Below, one piece after another: positions 1 to 13,989 of a stretch of 64,000 nucleotides of DNA. The DNA is taken from NCBI GenBank assembly GCA_951406725.2, contig OX597817.1:51460001-51524000 (forward strand), read 5' to 3'. This DNA comes from Octopus vulgaris. Lineage: Eukaryota. The notes under the pieces were generated by a model. It was not told the origin of the DNA, did no database searches, and saw only the letters and a list, made by a program, of their open reading frames with translations. Within the stretch, counting starts at the first letter, position 1; every line of letters starts with the position of its first letter. The translations under genes and the position numbers were made by a program.

Positions 1-575
1 CACATTCGTCTGCACAAAATCTTGATACTCGCGAATCGAATGAAAACCCATACGCTGTGTGTTTTAACGTCTTATCGACTTTACGCGCTGCAAACCTCTT
101 CTCAAAACAAGACGCTGAGTAAAATATAACAAAGAAAGAAAAAAAAACGTCAATTTTTTTTTTTTCCGTTCATGTTTTCCTTTATTATATCTTAGAATTT
201 ATAACTCACGAAAAACAATTTGTTTCTGGTTTGAATACAACATTAATAAAAAAAAAAAATTCCAATGTGCAAAAAGCGTATTAAGTAACAGATATCTTTT
301 TCACATTTCCTCGAAATCATGAATGCTATAGAGTAAATACATAACATACCATATATACATATATACATATACATATAGATACATATGCACATATATATAT
401 ACACACACATATATATATGTAAATATATTATATACATACATACACACACACATGTATATATATATACATATATATAGATATATATAGATATATATATTAT
501 ACACATATATATACACACGTATAGATGTATGTAGGTTTATACATATAAATGAATATTCTATATACATGCATTGAA

Positions 576-625
<50 letters not shown>

Positions 626-666
626 TTCAGTGCGTCAATGTTCAAATGGACTCAGAAAAGCATTCC

Positions 667-697
<31 letters not shown>

Positions 698-707
698 CAC
701 ACATACA

Positions 708-753
<46 letters not shown>

Positions 754-1306
754 CAAATACACACACACGTACACCTATACAGCTCATGCATAGAATGGTA
801 CTATATTTGCAGATATTTCTTCAGTTCTCTGCAAAGGTTTCCATCCGTTTATTGAAATTCCGTTGTATAAGGTGGATGGTTGGGAAAGCGGTGTCGGTTG
901 TTACAATGGTAGTTGTTTCTTTTCTATTTTTCCCTCTTTTCTATTTCCCTCATTTCTGATATAGTGCAGCTGCTGCCGTGGCTACTACTGCTGCTGCCAT
1001 TGCAGTAGTATCGGTTTTATGAAACCACGATAGATGAAATATTGTTTTCGTAGCTTTGAGATATAACATTAAAAATCTTTTGTTTTGTGTTTTATCCCCC
1101 TCTTTTTTATAGTTTTCGTTTTCCAACCACACTATAATACACCGTATTGTATGTAACGGAGTTCTTCAGAACTGTACATGGGGTTCTTCACCGCAAAAGT
1201 ATATAGAAGTCTTCACCGCAAGAGGCATAACGCGGTGACTAACGTTAGCAAACTGTTGTATTATTCCAGTTGTCCTCTTCAAGGTTAAAAAATGTATGAC
1301 GTACAA

Positions 1307-2205
1307 AGGGACAGGTGTAGCTGTGTGGTAAGAAGCTTGCTTCCCAACCACATAGTTCTGGGTTCAGTCCCATTGCGTGGTATCTTAAGCATGAGTCTTC
1401 TACGATAGCCTCACTCCAACCTAAGCCTTGGGAGTGGATTTGGTAGACGGAAACTGAAAGAAGCCCTCGTACACTTACCGTAAATCCTCGAGTATAGTCT
1501 GCCCTTGAGTATAATACGCAGGTTTTTTTTAGGGTGCTGTACCTCTGAAAAACCTAAACCTTGTGTATAATACGCACCCCTTCTCTAACTTGAGTCAAGG
1601 AGGTCTATATAACGTCCTTGGTTGGTAAAAATGTATACGGTAACGTCCTTTATTATTATTATTATTGTACATATAACATAATGCAAACGTGTAGCGTTTT
1701 TTGTGCATTTTGTTTGCAGAAAATAAAGAAATAACAGTAATAACCTTTAATAAATGTTGCTTACTGCAATTTATGGATGATTCTTTTATGACTTCATTGC
1801 TTTCTGGCTTAGCTTAAGGTATTTTCGCGCCCGACATCACAAAATGCGTCTGAATAAACATTGCCGGACAGCAAATAGAGACTCGGACATTGCTTAGAAA
1901 ATAATTTTCATTTTTAACCACGTATATAGTACGCACTGGGGATTTTGACCTTTACATTTTGGGGAAAAAATACGGATTATACTCGAGGATGTACGGTACA
2001 TGTGTCTGTGTGTGTGTGTGTTTGTTTCTGTGTTTGTTCCCCTCCAACGCCTGACAACCGGTGTTCGTGTGTTTACGCCCCCGTAAGCTAGCCGTTCGGC
2101 AAACTAGGATCGATGGAACATGTGCCAGATTCACTCGACTAAAAATTCTCCAATGTGGTACCACAGCATGGCCGCGGTCAAATGAGTGAAACAAGTAAAA
2201 GATAA
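1307..2205 (+). mobile_element. tRNA-derived SINE, family A, interrupted by a MITE
   Basis: Head 'gctgtgtggtaag...ggttcagtccca' has A/B-box-like motifs. The body 'ggatttggtagacggaaactgaaagaagccc' and tail 'cagcatggccgc...aaatga...gaaacaagtaaaaga' recur in many copies in the window. Confidence 0.85.
1478..1996. mobile_element. Tc1/mariner-pogo-type MITE nested in a SINE
   Basis: Terminal inverted repeats 'ccgtaaatcctcgagtata' and 'tatactcgaggatgtacgg', with TA on both sides and no ORF. Confidence 0.8.
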
Positions 2206-2329
2206 AGATAATGAAACAGAAGTTGCATTTGAGGTGTGGATCTTTCGCTAATTGGAGGGGGTAGATAAGAACGAAAGAAGGACCAACAATCGCTGTAGTC
2301 CTAGAAAAGCCAGAAGTTCAAAGACATTC

Positions 2330-2580
2330 TTTGTAGAGAATGAAATCCACAAGACTATCCTAATTTCAACATAAAAAGCACCATGTTGCCTTGCTCAAGG
2401 CCATCGTAACAGGAAGTGTAGAAGGGAAGAGAGGAAAAGGCTGTCGTACACGTTCACGGACTGACGACATGAAAGACGAGATGGAAACAAAAACCTGGCT
2501 GATTGAATTCGTGCAACACAAAAGAGAAAACTGGAGATTCTTGGGAAGCTGCCTCCTGGACACAAGGAAGACACCTGACT
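2330..2580 (+). mobile_element. RTE-clade LINE 3' fragment, degenerate
   Basis: Translation 'LLKAIVTGSVEGKRGKGCRTRSRTDD' resembles the C-terminal 'EGKxEGKRxRGRPRxRWxD' motif of RTE ORFs. Confidence 0.6.
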
Positions 2581-3522
2581 ACGTACGTATATTTCTGCAA
2601 TGTATAATTTTTCTATAATGTATTATAATATTGTCGGTTTTGTATTTGCGAAATGGTGTGTTTGTCATTCGTCGATTTAAAATGCTATTCATTTCATCTG
2701 TCTAGTGTCCATAACAAATTATTGCTATTTCAGAAGACTATGTACTTGCTTGTCCATTTGATATTGTAACATTTCCTACTAACGTTACCAACCAATAATA
2801 TTGTAACTGCCTTTCATCTTTTCAGGGTCAACAAAATATAGTACCTGTCAAGAACTGAAGTCGATATATTCTACTATTCTCTTCCCTCAAAATTAATTGC
2901 ATCCGCATAAACTATCAAAATACAAGACACGGGGGATCGAAACGGTGGCTCGATGAACAAAATAATTTCTACGCTTTCGTTACATCACATAATGTTCAAA
3001 TTACAAACCCTACCAATGACTCTAATTTAAGTTTCGTTTCTGCTTCATCCTATAAAAATACGTAGGAATCAAATAATGAGATCGATGAAAATGACCATGT
3101 ACCTCACAAATAATTGTATATCGTTAAATCGATATTAGAAATCAATACTTTTTTGTAGCTTGTGTTGACAATGAATTATGGCTTATCACATCTATATCGT
3201 TTTTTAAATGCTTCAATACTTACATATAACCAGTTCATTTTATTTGTTTGCCTAAAATTTCAGACTTTTCATTGGAACCAACCACGGAGATATTGACATA
3301 TTGAGAAATCGCTATTGTTGGTCCTGTTATTCATAAAATTTAGTTTTATTGTTATTATTACAATTATTATTTTCTTTTCCTTCTTTCTTCAAATATTCCT
3401 CCATTTCTCGCCGAGTGTTTTCCGTACACCTAGGGCAGAGAAACTCATTGTATGTGTTTGGAAAAAGACTGGGCGAGAAATGGAAGAAAAAAAGAGAATA
3501 ATAATGATAATAATATTAATGA

Positions 3523-3553
<31 letters not shown>

Positions 3554-3590
3554 ATATTATCATCATCATCATTATTATTATTATCATTAT

Positions 3591-3920
3591 AAGGCGGCAA
3601 GCTGGCAGAATCGTTAGCACGCCGGGCCTAATGCTTAGCAGCATTTCGTCCGTTTTTACGTTCTGAGTTCAAATTCTGCCAAGATCGACTTAGTAGAAAG
3701 GATTATTATCATTATTATCATCATCAAGGCGGCGAGCTGGCAGAATATTTAAGCACGCTGAGCAAAATTTTAGTGGTGTTTGGTCTGTCATTACGTTCTG
3801 AGTTCAAATTCCGCCGAGGTCTTTTTTATCTTTTCAGGGTCAATAAATTAAATACTAATGAAACACTTGGCTCGATGAAAACTCCCAAAATTTCAGGCCT
3901 TGTGCCTTTAGTAGAAAGAA
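3591..3920 (+). mobile_element. tRNA-derived SINE, family B, two tandem heads
   Basis: 'aaggcggcgagctggcagaa...ttagcacgc...acgttctgagttcaaattccgccgaggtc' occurs twice and matches the copies at 30.5-31.3 kb and 51-52.5 kb. Confidence 0.8.
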
Positions 3921-3934
3921 TTGTTATTATTACT

Positions 3935-4168
3935 CTTTTACTTGTTTCAGTCATTTTGACTGCGGCCATACTGGAGCAGGGCCTTTAGTAGAGCAAATCT
4001 ACCCCAGGACTTATTCGTTGTAAGCCTAGTACTTATTCTATCGGTCTCTTTTTGCTGAACCGCTAAGTGACGGGGACGTAAACACACCAGCATCGGTTTT
4101 CCAGCGATAACAGGGCGGGACACACACGCAAACATATACACACGCATGCATATATATATATATATATA

Positions 4169-4235
<67 letters not shown>

Positions 4236-4399
4236 GACGGGCTTCTTTCTGTTTCCGTCTACAAAATCCACCCTCAAGGCTTTGGTCTGCCCGAGGCTTT
4301 AGTAGAAGACACTAGCCCAAGGTGCCACGTAGTGGGACTGAACCCGGAACTATGTGGTTGGTAAGCAAGCTACTTACCACACAGCCATTCCTGCGCCTA
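3935..4399 (-). mobile_element. SINE family A, full length with internal (TA)n
   Basis: Reverse complement of the copy at 13990-14445. Confidence 0.9.
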
Positions 4400-5469
4400 T
4401 TCTTATCAATAATTTAGAATTAAATGTGACACATTAGTAAAAAAAATTAATTACTTTACAATACTTTATACTGTACAGTTGGAATTTTGATGTTTAGATC
4501 TGAAATCCAACTCGAACCGACATTACGTGTAAAAGTTCCCGTTATTCAACACATCAGTAAGATGTCTGAGAATGATTCCGTTGAGTAGATTCTTTTATAA
4601 AAACGTGTAAATTTCAATTGTTAATGTTTGAAATCGTTTCTTGGAAATTTATATCATTGCTGTCTGTACATGATATGGAAATAAATGCTTTGGAAAAAAG
4701 CAAACTAAAAAACCCAGTCTAATTGAAATAGCGAAGGAGAGGCTCAAACAACGTGATAAATTAAAATATTTTTGACAAGTAGTAAACAACAGAATATGCT
4801 TCAACACACAACAGAATATGCTTCAACACACGAACTCACATAAAGAATCTTACAAACCAAATCCAAAAATGAAATAAGAGAATATTTGAGATCAAAGTAA
4901 GCAGTAAAAATGTCAGAATCTGTGAAGAAATATCGAAAATTATAACCATAACGAGCATTCGTTTTTAGAGATGTATAACCATAACGAACATTCATTTTAA
5001 GAGATGTAGTGTCAATTATAATCTGTCTCGATGAATGCAAATCATGATTTTGTGAGATTTTGTAAGAGAGAATCAAGCGATTATCAGACTTGAAATAAAA
5101 TGTTATAGAAATATGTTTTAGACGCCATATACAGAACATGAAATAAATTACAATGACAGGAAAGACAACGTTGGGAATGTCTGCTGCCAACTCTCCAATT
5201 GCCAAAATGCAGATAATGAATTGGTTTGGTCATACAACCCGACGCCATGGTATTCTAACTTTCGCGAATTTAGTCTTGTATGGACAAACTTCACATAAAA
5301 GAGTAATAGGAAAAGCGCGGTGTAAGTAGATGAAGAATATCAACAATTGGACGGGATAAAATCGGTTAAAATAGGAAGGAGGGGTGGTCAGGAAAGATAC
5401 GAGAAGGCGTTAAGTTACTCTGCTTCTGTACCTATGGCTACCCAAGGCCAGATATTGTGATTGACTGAA

Positions 5470-5760
5470 GTATACTTTCCACTTTCTATGTTGGGGCCTA
5501 ATCGTCGAAATATATTTTCCTTGAGTCTTTTCTATAAGTATTTCAATGGTAATTGTTCTTATGAACTTTCTCCTCTGTCACCCTTTGTCAAGGGCCTTAT
5601 ACGTGGCACTCGTTTCTTTACCCATGCGCATTGGTTTCCTTATTGAGATTCTTGTTAATCATAAATCCTTTTATTCTATCTTCTGTTTTTCGAACTGCTG
5701 CTCTCTGAGACTCACAACCTTAGTCTTATTTTCCATGGTCACCCATATCTAGTCCATTAC
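5470..5760 (+). mobile_element. CR1/Jockey-group LINE 3' fragment, degenerate
   Basis: 'RRNIFSLSLFYKYFNGNCSYEL...RGTR' resembles the post-RT C-terminus of these LINEs. Confidence 0.5.
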
Positions 5761-6653
5761 GCATTCTGTAAATCAAAATTTATAGGCCCCTTCCTTTCTT
5801 TCTTTAGATTTCTTACGCAACAGTTTTATCAAGCCTTATTTGGTGAAAATATCGTTAAAAAATATTTAACAAATGCAATTGTAATAATTTGCATAAAGAG
5901 GCTTGATATAATATTATTATGAAAACATGAGGTTCTACATATTTAATGCAACATCCATCCATCTCTTTTCATCCATCCATCCATCCATCTCTTTTCTCCA
6001 TTCACTGTTCCTGGGAGGGTCGTGGTAATCGCGTCATCAGGCAATACATCCATAAAGGTTCCCTTAGAAGCAACTGTCATAAAACTTTCTAGTTCGATTC
6101 TAAGCGTTACCAGCAGAGACCTATACTAGATGTTAGTATACGCTTCAATTGTCTGAATATATTTTGTATATTCCTGCACTACGTATTTACGACATGATCT
6201 TCCTTCTTTCGTAATTATCACCAAAACCAATTAAAGATAAGTTTTAAGACTGTTTTTGATTCGAATAACCATGAAGTAATTCTTAACCGTCGTAAATCAT
6301 ATTCGTATATCCAAGTTCAGATGCAGAACAATGAGGTTTTAGTGACGAAATGGATCGCATACATATGGAGAAGTGAGAACAATCAATAGATAGATTACCT
6401 CGAAAAAGAAGTATAGTGGTCAGAGGTTAATGTCGATGTATTGATGACAATAAATTGATTAGACCTATTTCTCCAATAACACCATCGATTATTCGACAAG
6501 TAAAAATGTTATAACTTAAGGAGCTGTTCTTTTCGGAATCGAAAGTACCTACACGCTTATATGCGCTTATGATTCGTGACTAATTAAATTCAACAAGAAT
6601 TGTTTGCTTTCAAATGGTATATCACAATACACACACACCACGAGAGAGAGAGA

Positions 6654-6700
<47 letters not shown>

Positions 6701-6942
6701 CGATGAAAAAATACAGAAAACCTATTTAACAGGATCTGAGAGTATATTAGAGCCATAATAATAAAGATATACAATTTTGTTCTTTCAACATAAATGAAGT
6801 AAGGGCCGGTTTCGCGATGCACATCAAACGGATATATATATATATATATATATAAGGTTGAAAAGGAACACTCGAGTTGATATATACATATATGGAAAAA
6901 GTCAAGGTAGAAAATGCTAAAATAATTTTGTAAAAATCATTT

Positions 6943-6978
6943 CAGTACCGGTTTCGGTGATTGAGACTTTTTCAACTG
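6943..6978 (-). ncRNA. Minimal type I hammerhead ribozyme, U3-A8 variant
   Basis: Minus strand reads cag-TTGAAAA-agtctcaatcacc-GAAA-CCGG-TA-ctg: stem I cag/ctg, palindromic loop III, GUA site. Confidence 0.65.
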
Positions 6979-7131
6979 TAAGTATGGCAGCTCCAACTCA
7001 CAAAAGTAAACAAGAGAGACAGAGACAGGTGGAAACAAGGAAAATACACCTTGTATTTGAATACTATGCAAATATTCTTTTAAAAAACTTTTCATTAAAA
7101 TTTTCCAAAATTTAATTGTTTTCCATGCTTA

Positions 7132-7167
7132 CAGTTGAAAAAGTCTCAATGACCGAAACGTGCACTG
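7132..7167 (+). ncRNA. Degenerate hammerhead copy, U3-A8 variant with mutated cleavage site
   Basis: cag-TTGAAAA-agtctcaatgacc-GAAA-cgtg-ca-ctg. Confidence 0.45.
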
Positions 7168-7262
7168 ACATATTTTTTTTTAATATTTTAACATTAAAAA
7201 ATTATATTAACATTTTCTACCATGACATTTTTTTCCACACATGTATATATATATATATATAT

Positions 7263-7440
7263 AGTTGAAATTTCTAGAAAACAAAAGACGAAGACAGGTG
7301 TATGAACAACAAGCAAGTGTATTAGCTTGACGCTCGGGGGAAAAAAACAGTCTTTTACGTTTCAAGCCTCTGCTCTTCAACAGAAAGGAATAAGAGGAAA
7401 TAAACAGAGAGAATGAAAAAAGCGGTCCAGCATAGCGTGT
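7263..7440 (-). mobile_element. Short (TA)n-anchored element with a hammerhead-like motif at 7352-7387
   Basis: Minus strand reads cttt-CTGTTGA-agagcagaggctt-GAAACGT-A-aaag. Related to 39850-39995 and to the 28440/31693/41796 family ('gagcgtc...ctaataca'). Confidence 0.55.
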
Positions 7441-7469
7441 ATGTATGTATGTTTGTTTGTGTATATATG

Positions 7470-7506
<37 letters not shown>

Positions 7507-8310
7507 TGTGTGTGAGAGAGAGTGATCTAAACATACATTAAACTTATAGCAATTTTTATCGCTCCGCTAATCGAACGGTATTATTGGCGAGGACCGATGG
7601 GTCTAATCGATTTCCTGTCCTGTACATTAAATATGGAAGATTTCGAAATTAATTTGATTGTCGGATTCATCCATTCATTAAAGAGCTAATATCCTTCGAT
7701 AATGAAGATTGATAGCGGTAATTCAATGGGACATGTGTTCACCAGTACTACCCACGTGTATAACGATAATTAAAACAATTAATTAAAATAAGAGTAATAG
7801 ATTTACAAAAAAATATTGCATTATTTCTTACAAAACATTGAAAAGTTCAGATGGAGTCACCATTTTCCCCAGCATAAATTGTATCTCTATATTAGAAGTG
7901 AAATTGTGACCCCCAACTCGAAACTATTCAAACAACATCATTCTAACTTCTTGCCTATGACATTTCTCATTTCAGTGACTGATTTATTCTCTCCCAGTTT
8001 TTTAGTTAGATCAGTATGTTATTGTCTAAGCCCTCCGTTCACTTTAATTTAACAGCTGCTCTAGCTCAATTACACATTTTGTTTTTTGTTGGGGTCTTTT
8101 TTTTGGGTCATATTACAATCTATTACAATCTCCTTAACGAGACAAAAACATTAAGTCATAATTATTTTGTGGACATAATTACCATGTTTACATAAAATAT
8201 ATTCAGCGAAACATGTTTTAGAATATTTTTTATACGAAACCTTTTCAGTACTATGTGATTTTTCTTTCTTTCCCTCTTTCAGTCTTTCTCCCACCTATGT
8301 CTCCCTCTTC

Positions 8311-8376
<66 letters not shown>

Positions 8377-8492
8377 TCCTCCCTCCTGTGTGTGTAAAAG
8401 TCAGTTTGTGAAAACAGACTAATATTTTAACAGTAAAAGTCTTATATGAAAACATTTATGAGGAAACACCAATTGGTATTTTTACTTTATAT

Positions 8493-8524
<32 letters not shown>

Positions 8525-8527
8525 CAA

Positions 8528-8589
<62 letters not shown>

Positions 8590-8607
8590 TATATATTATA
8601 TATATAT

Positions 8608-8638
<31 letters not shown>

Positions 8639-8889
8639 CACACACAAACATAAATTTATATAGGTATTTGTTTATCTTGACTATATAATAATCATGATAT
8701 AATATTCTAGTCACGCTAAAGAGGGAGGATTTCACAAAAAATAATATATATTTCGTGTTTGTAAAAACTTCATACATGTAGTTTGATATTGATTTGAAAG
8801 AAACCTAGACATATCTAAATACCGAACGGCAACTAAAGGCGTGCTGTTGTCGATTTCTTTTCCATCCCTTTTTACTTTTCCCTTCCTCC

Positions 8890-8922
8890 TTTCCGACGAA
8901 GAGCTATGCTCGAAACGTCAAA
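8890..8922 (+). ncRNA. Minimal hammerhead ribozyme (U4C) in a short (TA)n-tailed element at about 8840-9005
   Basis: ttt-CCGACGA-a-GAGC-tat-GCTC-GAA-ACGT-C-aaa, with a GUC cleavage triplet. Confidence 0.7.
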
Positions 8923-9025
8923 CAGCAGTAAGCCATTTAATTCTTCATTTTCTATATAACATGCAACTCGGTGTATTTCTTATTTGTTTAACTGAGTGTA
9001 GTGTATATGTGTGTGCGCGTATTTA

Positions 9026-9101
<76 letters not shown>

Positions 9102-9102
<1 letters not shown>

Positions 9103-9851
9103 AGGAGCAAAACTGCTGGAGAATCAGTATACCCCACGGGGCAAAATTATGAAGTGAAAATATGTTGAAAACATATATTAAAAAAAAGGGAAGAGAAATG
9201 CAATCAATTCACATAGTTTTAATATTTTTTTATAAAAATATATATATACATATTTTATCGATGGTAAAAGTCTCATAAAATGTAGTTATATCCAACCGGT
9301 TGTTGCTATTTAAATTAGCTTTTCAAAGGAAATTGTGAAGTAATAATTCCTTGAAACAAGGAATCACGCCATTTTGGATTTCTCGAGAAGTTTCCTTATG
9401 TCCATATTTTTCCATGATACCAACGCAAAGATTGAATCTCCTTACAAGAACGCGTAAACAAGGAAAACAGACCACACCGTAATATATAAACTTGACCACC
9501 TGATCCCCATACATTCCTACTTCAAATTCAGATTTATTTACCACTATTCAATAATGCTGAGGAGGTAGTTCCCCCCCCCTGCCACCTGTTGCCTCCCTTT
9601 ATCCACTCTCTCCATTCATTTTTACTTCTCCAGAAATCCAAAATGGCGTGATTCCTTGTCTTGAGGAATTATTACTTCGCAATGTCCCTTGAAAAGCTAA
9701 TTTAAATAGCAAAAACCGGTTGGATATCACTACATCTTATGAGACTTAAAATCCATGAAATATGTATTTATAATTTTTATAAAAAGATATTAAAACTATG
9801 TGAAACGAAGGCATTTTTCTTCCTCTTTTTTGTTTTCCACATATTTTCACT
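9102..9851. mobile_element. (TA)n-flanked foldback element with about 230-bp inverted arms, each carrying a degenerate hammerhead-like motif
   Basis: 'caaggaatcacgccattttggatttct' versus 'agaaatccaaaatggcgtgattccttg', and 'gtgaaaatatgttgaaaaca' versus 'tgttttccacatattttcac'. Motif TTGAAAA-gcta..tagc-aaaaa-CCGG-TT-gga at 9685-9724 (+) and 9291-9330 (-). Confidence 0.7.
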
Positions 9852-9858
9852 ATATATA

Positions 9859-9920
<62 letters not shown>

Positions 9921-10121
9921 TATACATGTATATATACATGTAAATACACACATATATACATATATACACATATATATACATATATATATACACATATATA
10001 CATATATATACACACACATATATATGTACACATACACACACATATATATATATACACACACACATATATATATACACACACATATATATATACACACACA
10101 CATATATATATACACACACAC

Positions 10122-10155
<34 letters not shown>

Positions 10156-11337
10156 TCACATGTACACACATAAACGTATACATATGCACGTTGGCAGCAC
10201 GACAAACCTTCACACACACACACACATACACAGACGCACACAAACATCCTCTTTATTTCAATGAAAATTATTTGCTTTGGGGTATTCTCTTCATTTCCCA
10301 ACATACACGAGTTTCGTTTCTATAATACACACAAATATCTCCCATCATTCCTCTCCCTATCTCTCTCATCATCTCTATCATTCGCTCACACAATACTTCA
10401 AGTTTAAAACATTTACCCCTGCACCTATTCCTCACTCACTCCTTTCTGTATTCGTCTTTTTTAAACAACATTCCTTTGACCCTCTCATGTCTTTTATTCA
10501 CATAGTGTATTCCTCTCTCAATCTTTCTTCTCTTCCCCTGTCTTCCCCTCTCCTCTCTCTCTCTCTCTTTCTCTCTCTTTCTCCCCCCTCTCTCTCTCGC
10601 TCTCGTACCCTCGCTCTTTATACTTCACAGTTTACTATCTTGAATATTTTTTCTGGTCTTACCTCCCTCACTATTAAAATCCAAACTATCTATATATCCC
10701 TCTAACTAATCTATCAGTATTCATTATAAATTCTTCGCGCTTCTAATCTCCCACTCAACATAATCACTGCTTTTTTCATTTCAGCTTGCAGAGACACAGA
10801 TGCACAAACCACGATAAACTTTACACATGACTTCGCGTTTTACATATTACGATAAAAATCTATAACAAGCTACATGCGAAAATAAATCATAATAAACTGT
10901 ATACAAACGAATAATAATTTACATTGGGACTTATCCACACATTCAAACTGTGAATCACTCATAAAATGAATCCAACAGTTTACAATAACGTTGTAGGACG
11001 GAGGCATTCACGGATACATACCTACATTGTAGTAAAAATATTCATCTCATGGTAAATCAATTGTTTTAAATGAAGGAAAAGCCTGGGAGGTATTTAATGT
11101 TGATGTTTAAAACAAAATATAAATTGCAGAAGAACGACAAAAAGAATTGTGATTTTAAAACCACTGCACGGTATAAAATCTAAAATAGAATAAGCTGGAA
11201 TTTTTTATGAAGTGTTAGGTTATGTCTCTACGTATGCAGTTCTGTTCTTTCGTTTGTCTGTTCAGTGGTGTTTGTGTGTGTGTGTGTGGGGGGGCTGATG
11301 TTTATGTTTCCGTGTTTATATATGTGTGTATGTGTGT

Positions 11338-11611
11338 GGAGGCACAATAGTGGTTACGGCAGCGAAGTCGCAGTCGTAGGATCGAGGTTTCGATTCACAG
11401 ACCGGGCGTCGTCAGTATTTATTGAACAAAAACACCTAAAGTTCCACGAGGTTCCGGCAGGGGATGGTGTTGAACCCTGCAGTACTCTATCACCACAACT
11501 TTCAATCACTCTTTCTTCCTCTTTCTGTTGTACCTGTATTTCAAAGGGACCAGCCTTGTCACACTTTGTGTCCCACTGAATCTCCTCGAGAACTATGTTA
11601 AGGGTACACGT
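11338..11611 (+). mobile_element. tRNA-derived SINE, family C head with an alternative tail
   Basis: Head 'ggaggcacaatagtggtta...gtcgtaggatcgaggtttcgattc...accgggcgtcgt' shared with 29352-29646. The 3' half differs. Confidence 0.75.
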
Positions 11612-12155
11612 GTCTGTGGAGTGCTCATCTACTTGCACGTTAAATTGACGAGCAGGCTGTTCTGTTGATCGGATCACCTGGAACACTCGTCGTCGTAACC
11701 GACGGAGTGCCATAGAAGATATATAAATACACACGCGCACGAGCATATAACCGTGTGTCAATGTGACGTACGTGACTGTGTGTACCTGCCTACTTGTACG
11801 TGTGTGTATGCGTATACATGCATCTATATATATAAGTGGACGTGTGAGTGTGTGTCTGTGTGAGTATGTGTGTGTGCTTTTGTGTGTGTACGAATATTCG
11901 CAAGTACCGTAATATCCATAAACATCAGATTTTTGTACCTGATTTTCATATGTATTTACGTGTGGGCATGTGCACGCGTATATGTGTGTGTGTGTGTTTG
12001 TGTGTGCATGTGTGTGAGCACCTGTCTGCGTGCGCATGTGAGCGTATGAACATGATAATATCGTTAATATGTAGCATGCATATATAGATATATGTGTATA
12101 CAGATATCTGTTCTTTTTGTACCTGTATATTATAAATGTATAAACACACACATAC

Positions 12156-12204
<49 letters not shown>

Positions 12205-12212
<8 letters not shown>

Positions 12213-12222
12213 AGCTTATGGG

Positions 12223-12273
<51 letters not shown>

Positions 12274-12331
12274 CTTATGGGTATATATATAAATATATAT
12301 AGAAATATATATATGTATATAAGCTTATGGG

Positions 12332-12389
<58 letters not shown>

Positions 12390-12397
12390 CTTATGGG

Positions 12398-12420
<23 letters not shown>
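12205..12420. repeat. Compound minisatellite: 4 x 'agcttatgggtatatatataaat' separated by (TA)n
   Basis: Units start near 12211, 12271, 12320 and 12386. Confidence 0.85.
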
Positions 12421-12445
<25 letters not shown>

Positions 12446-12899
12446 CACCCATATGTATGCGTATTTGTACACGTATGTATATATTCATATCAATCCACAT
12501 ACGTCCATAGATCTAATTCTCTTTAATTCGCTTACGTTTCCTCCACTTGAATTATAAAAAGATTAAGGCAAGGCTGTCATTAAATAATGGAGTGCAGAAA
12601 TGGTATAATTGATTCCATTTCATAAAACAAAATAATGCATCGTTAACCATAATTTGATTCTCACATGATTGGAGAATATTCTAAGAGGATGCTACACGCA
12701 GATTTGCTGAAAGTTTTACTCAGTATTATTCTAATATAATTAGTTGTTATCATATAGCATGTTTTCACGTTAATCTCGAAGGAGGGCATGCGCGCTTAAA
12801 GCATTTATTTGACAGCGACGAAAGAGAGATATTGTAATTGACAGGCAGGTATACAGAAATACATACGTAAGTAGGTACGCACACACACAGAGACACATG

Positions 12900-12943
<44 letters not shown>

Positions 12944-13073
12944 TATGTATGTATGTATGTATGTATGTATATATATATATATATGTATGTGTATCTATAT
13001 ATATATGTATGTGTATCTATCTATCTATATATATGTGTGTATCTATATATATATATATATATGTATGTATGTG

Positions 13074-13138
<65 letters not shown>

Positions 13139-13214
13139 GTGTGTGTGTATATATATGTGTGTGTATATATATATGTATATATATATATACACACACACAC
13201 ATCAAGAATACATA

Positions 13215-13271
<57 letters not shown>

Positions 13272-13989
13272 ATAGGCACACATACACTCAAACTCACACG
13301 CAAAAGCAAAGCAAAAGAGGAGAGAAACAAACGAATTAAGATGCCGGTAGTACATTTACTAATCAGTTACGATCGTTTCAATAATTAGTGGAATAGTTAG
13401 ATCAATCAATGTGCTGGGTTATGCACATAAAAAGAAATAATGCAAAATCATACAATAATAATGAAATTTTCTTCCCACCATCCCATCAGATTTGACACAA
13501 ATGCAATACCAAAGTACTTCGCCGAATTCGGTTAAATATATATCATGAGAAAAGGGAGCGATGTAGACGGTTGTGTTTATGGTTTAAATGAAAGCTGTCA
13601 CTCTATGAGAGAAACACGCAAGCGAACGACGGCAAATTGTCATCTTAGTTCCCATTCGTCAAATTTATTCTTGCCAAGGTGACTGTTATATTTAGTGAAC
13701 TAAACGATTAAACGTACGTGTACTAGCGGAGAAATAGCATTTCCTTGAAGTGCATTTAATAGGAAGAAGAAAAATATAGATAGAAAAACGAGATAGAGAT
13801 AAAATCTGAAAAGATGAGAAGTAATTATAATGAAGGTACAGAATATAGTTATAAGCCAGCCACAAGAATTATACTACGATATTATTCGATCAAATAGAGT
13901 TGAAATTATATAAAAGTATTGGTTAAAAAATTATTAAAGGAAGATTTTAAGCCGGAAAATTTAGAGGCCATTTTATAAAGATTTATCTA

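Larger units (their letters stand above)
6855..7240. mobile_element. (TA)n-flanked foldback element with two inverted hammerhead motifs
   Basis: Inverted arms 'ggaaaaagtcaaggtagaaaatg' and 'cattttctaccatgacattttttcc'. Hammerhead motifs at 6943-6978 (-) and 7132-7167 (+). Confidence 0.75.

Noticed and set aside
4787-5010. 22-bp and 33-bp tandem duplications
   Set aside because: These are ordinary local slippage duplications with only two units each.
6803-6828. Minus-strand 'TTGATGT-gcatcgc-GAAA-CCGG-CC' hammerhead-like string
   Set aside because: The core and cleavage site are both mismatched and there is no stem I. It is too degraded to count.
12205-12420. Repeat-spacer pattern resembling a CRISPR array
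   Set aside because: The spacers are (TA)n, the context is eukaryotic, and there are no cas genes.
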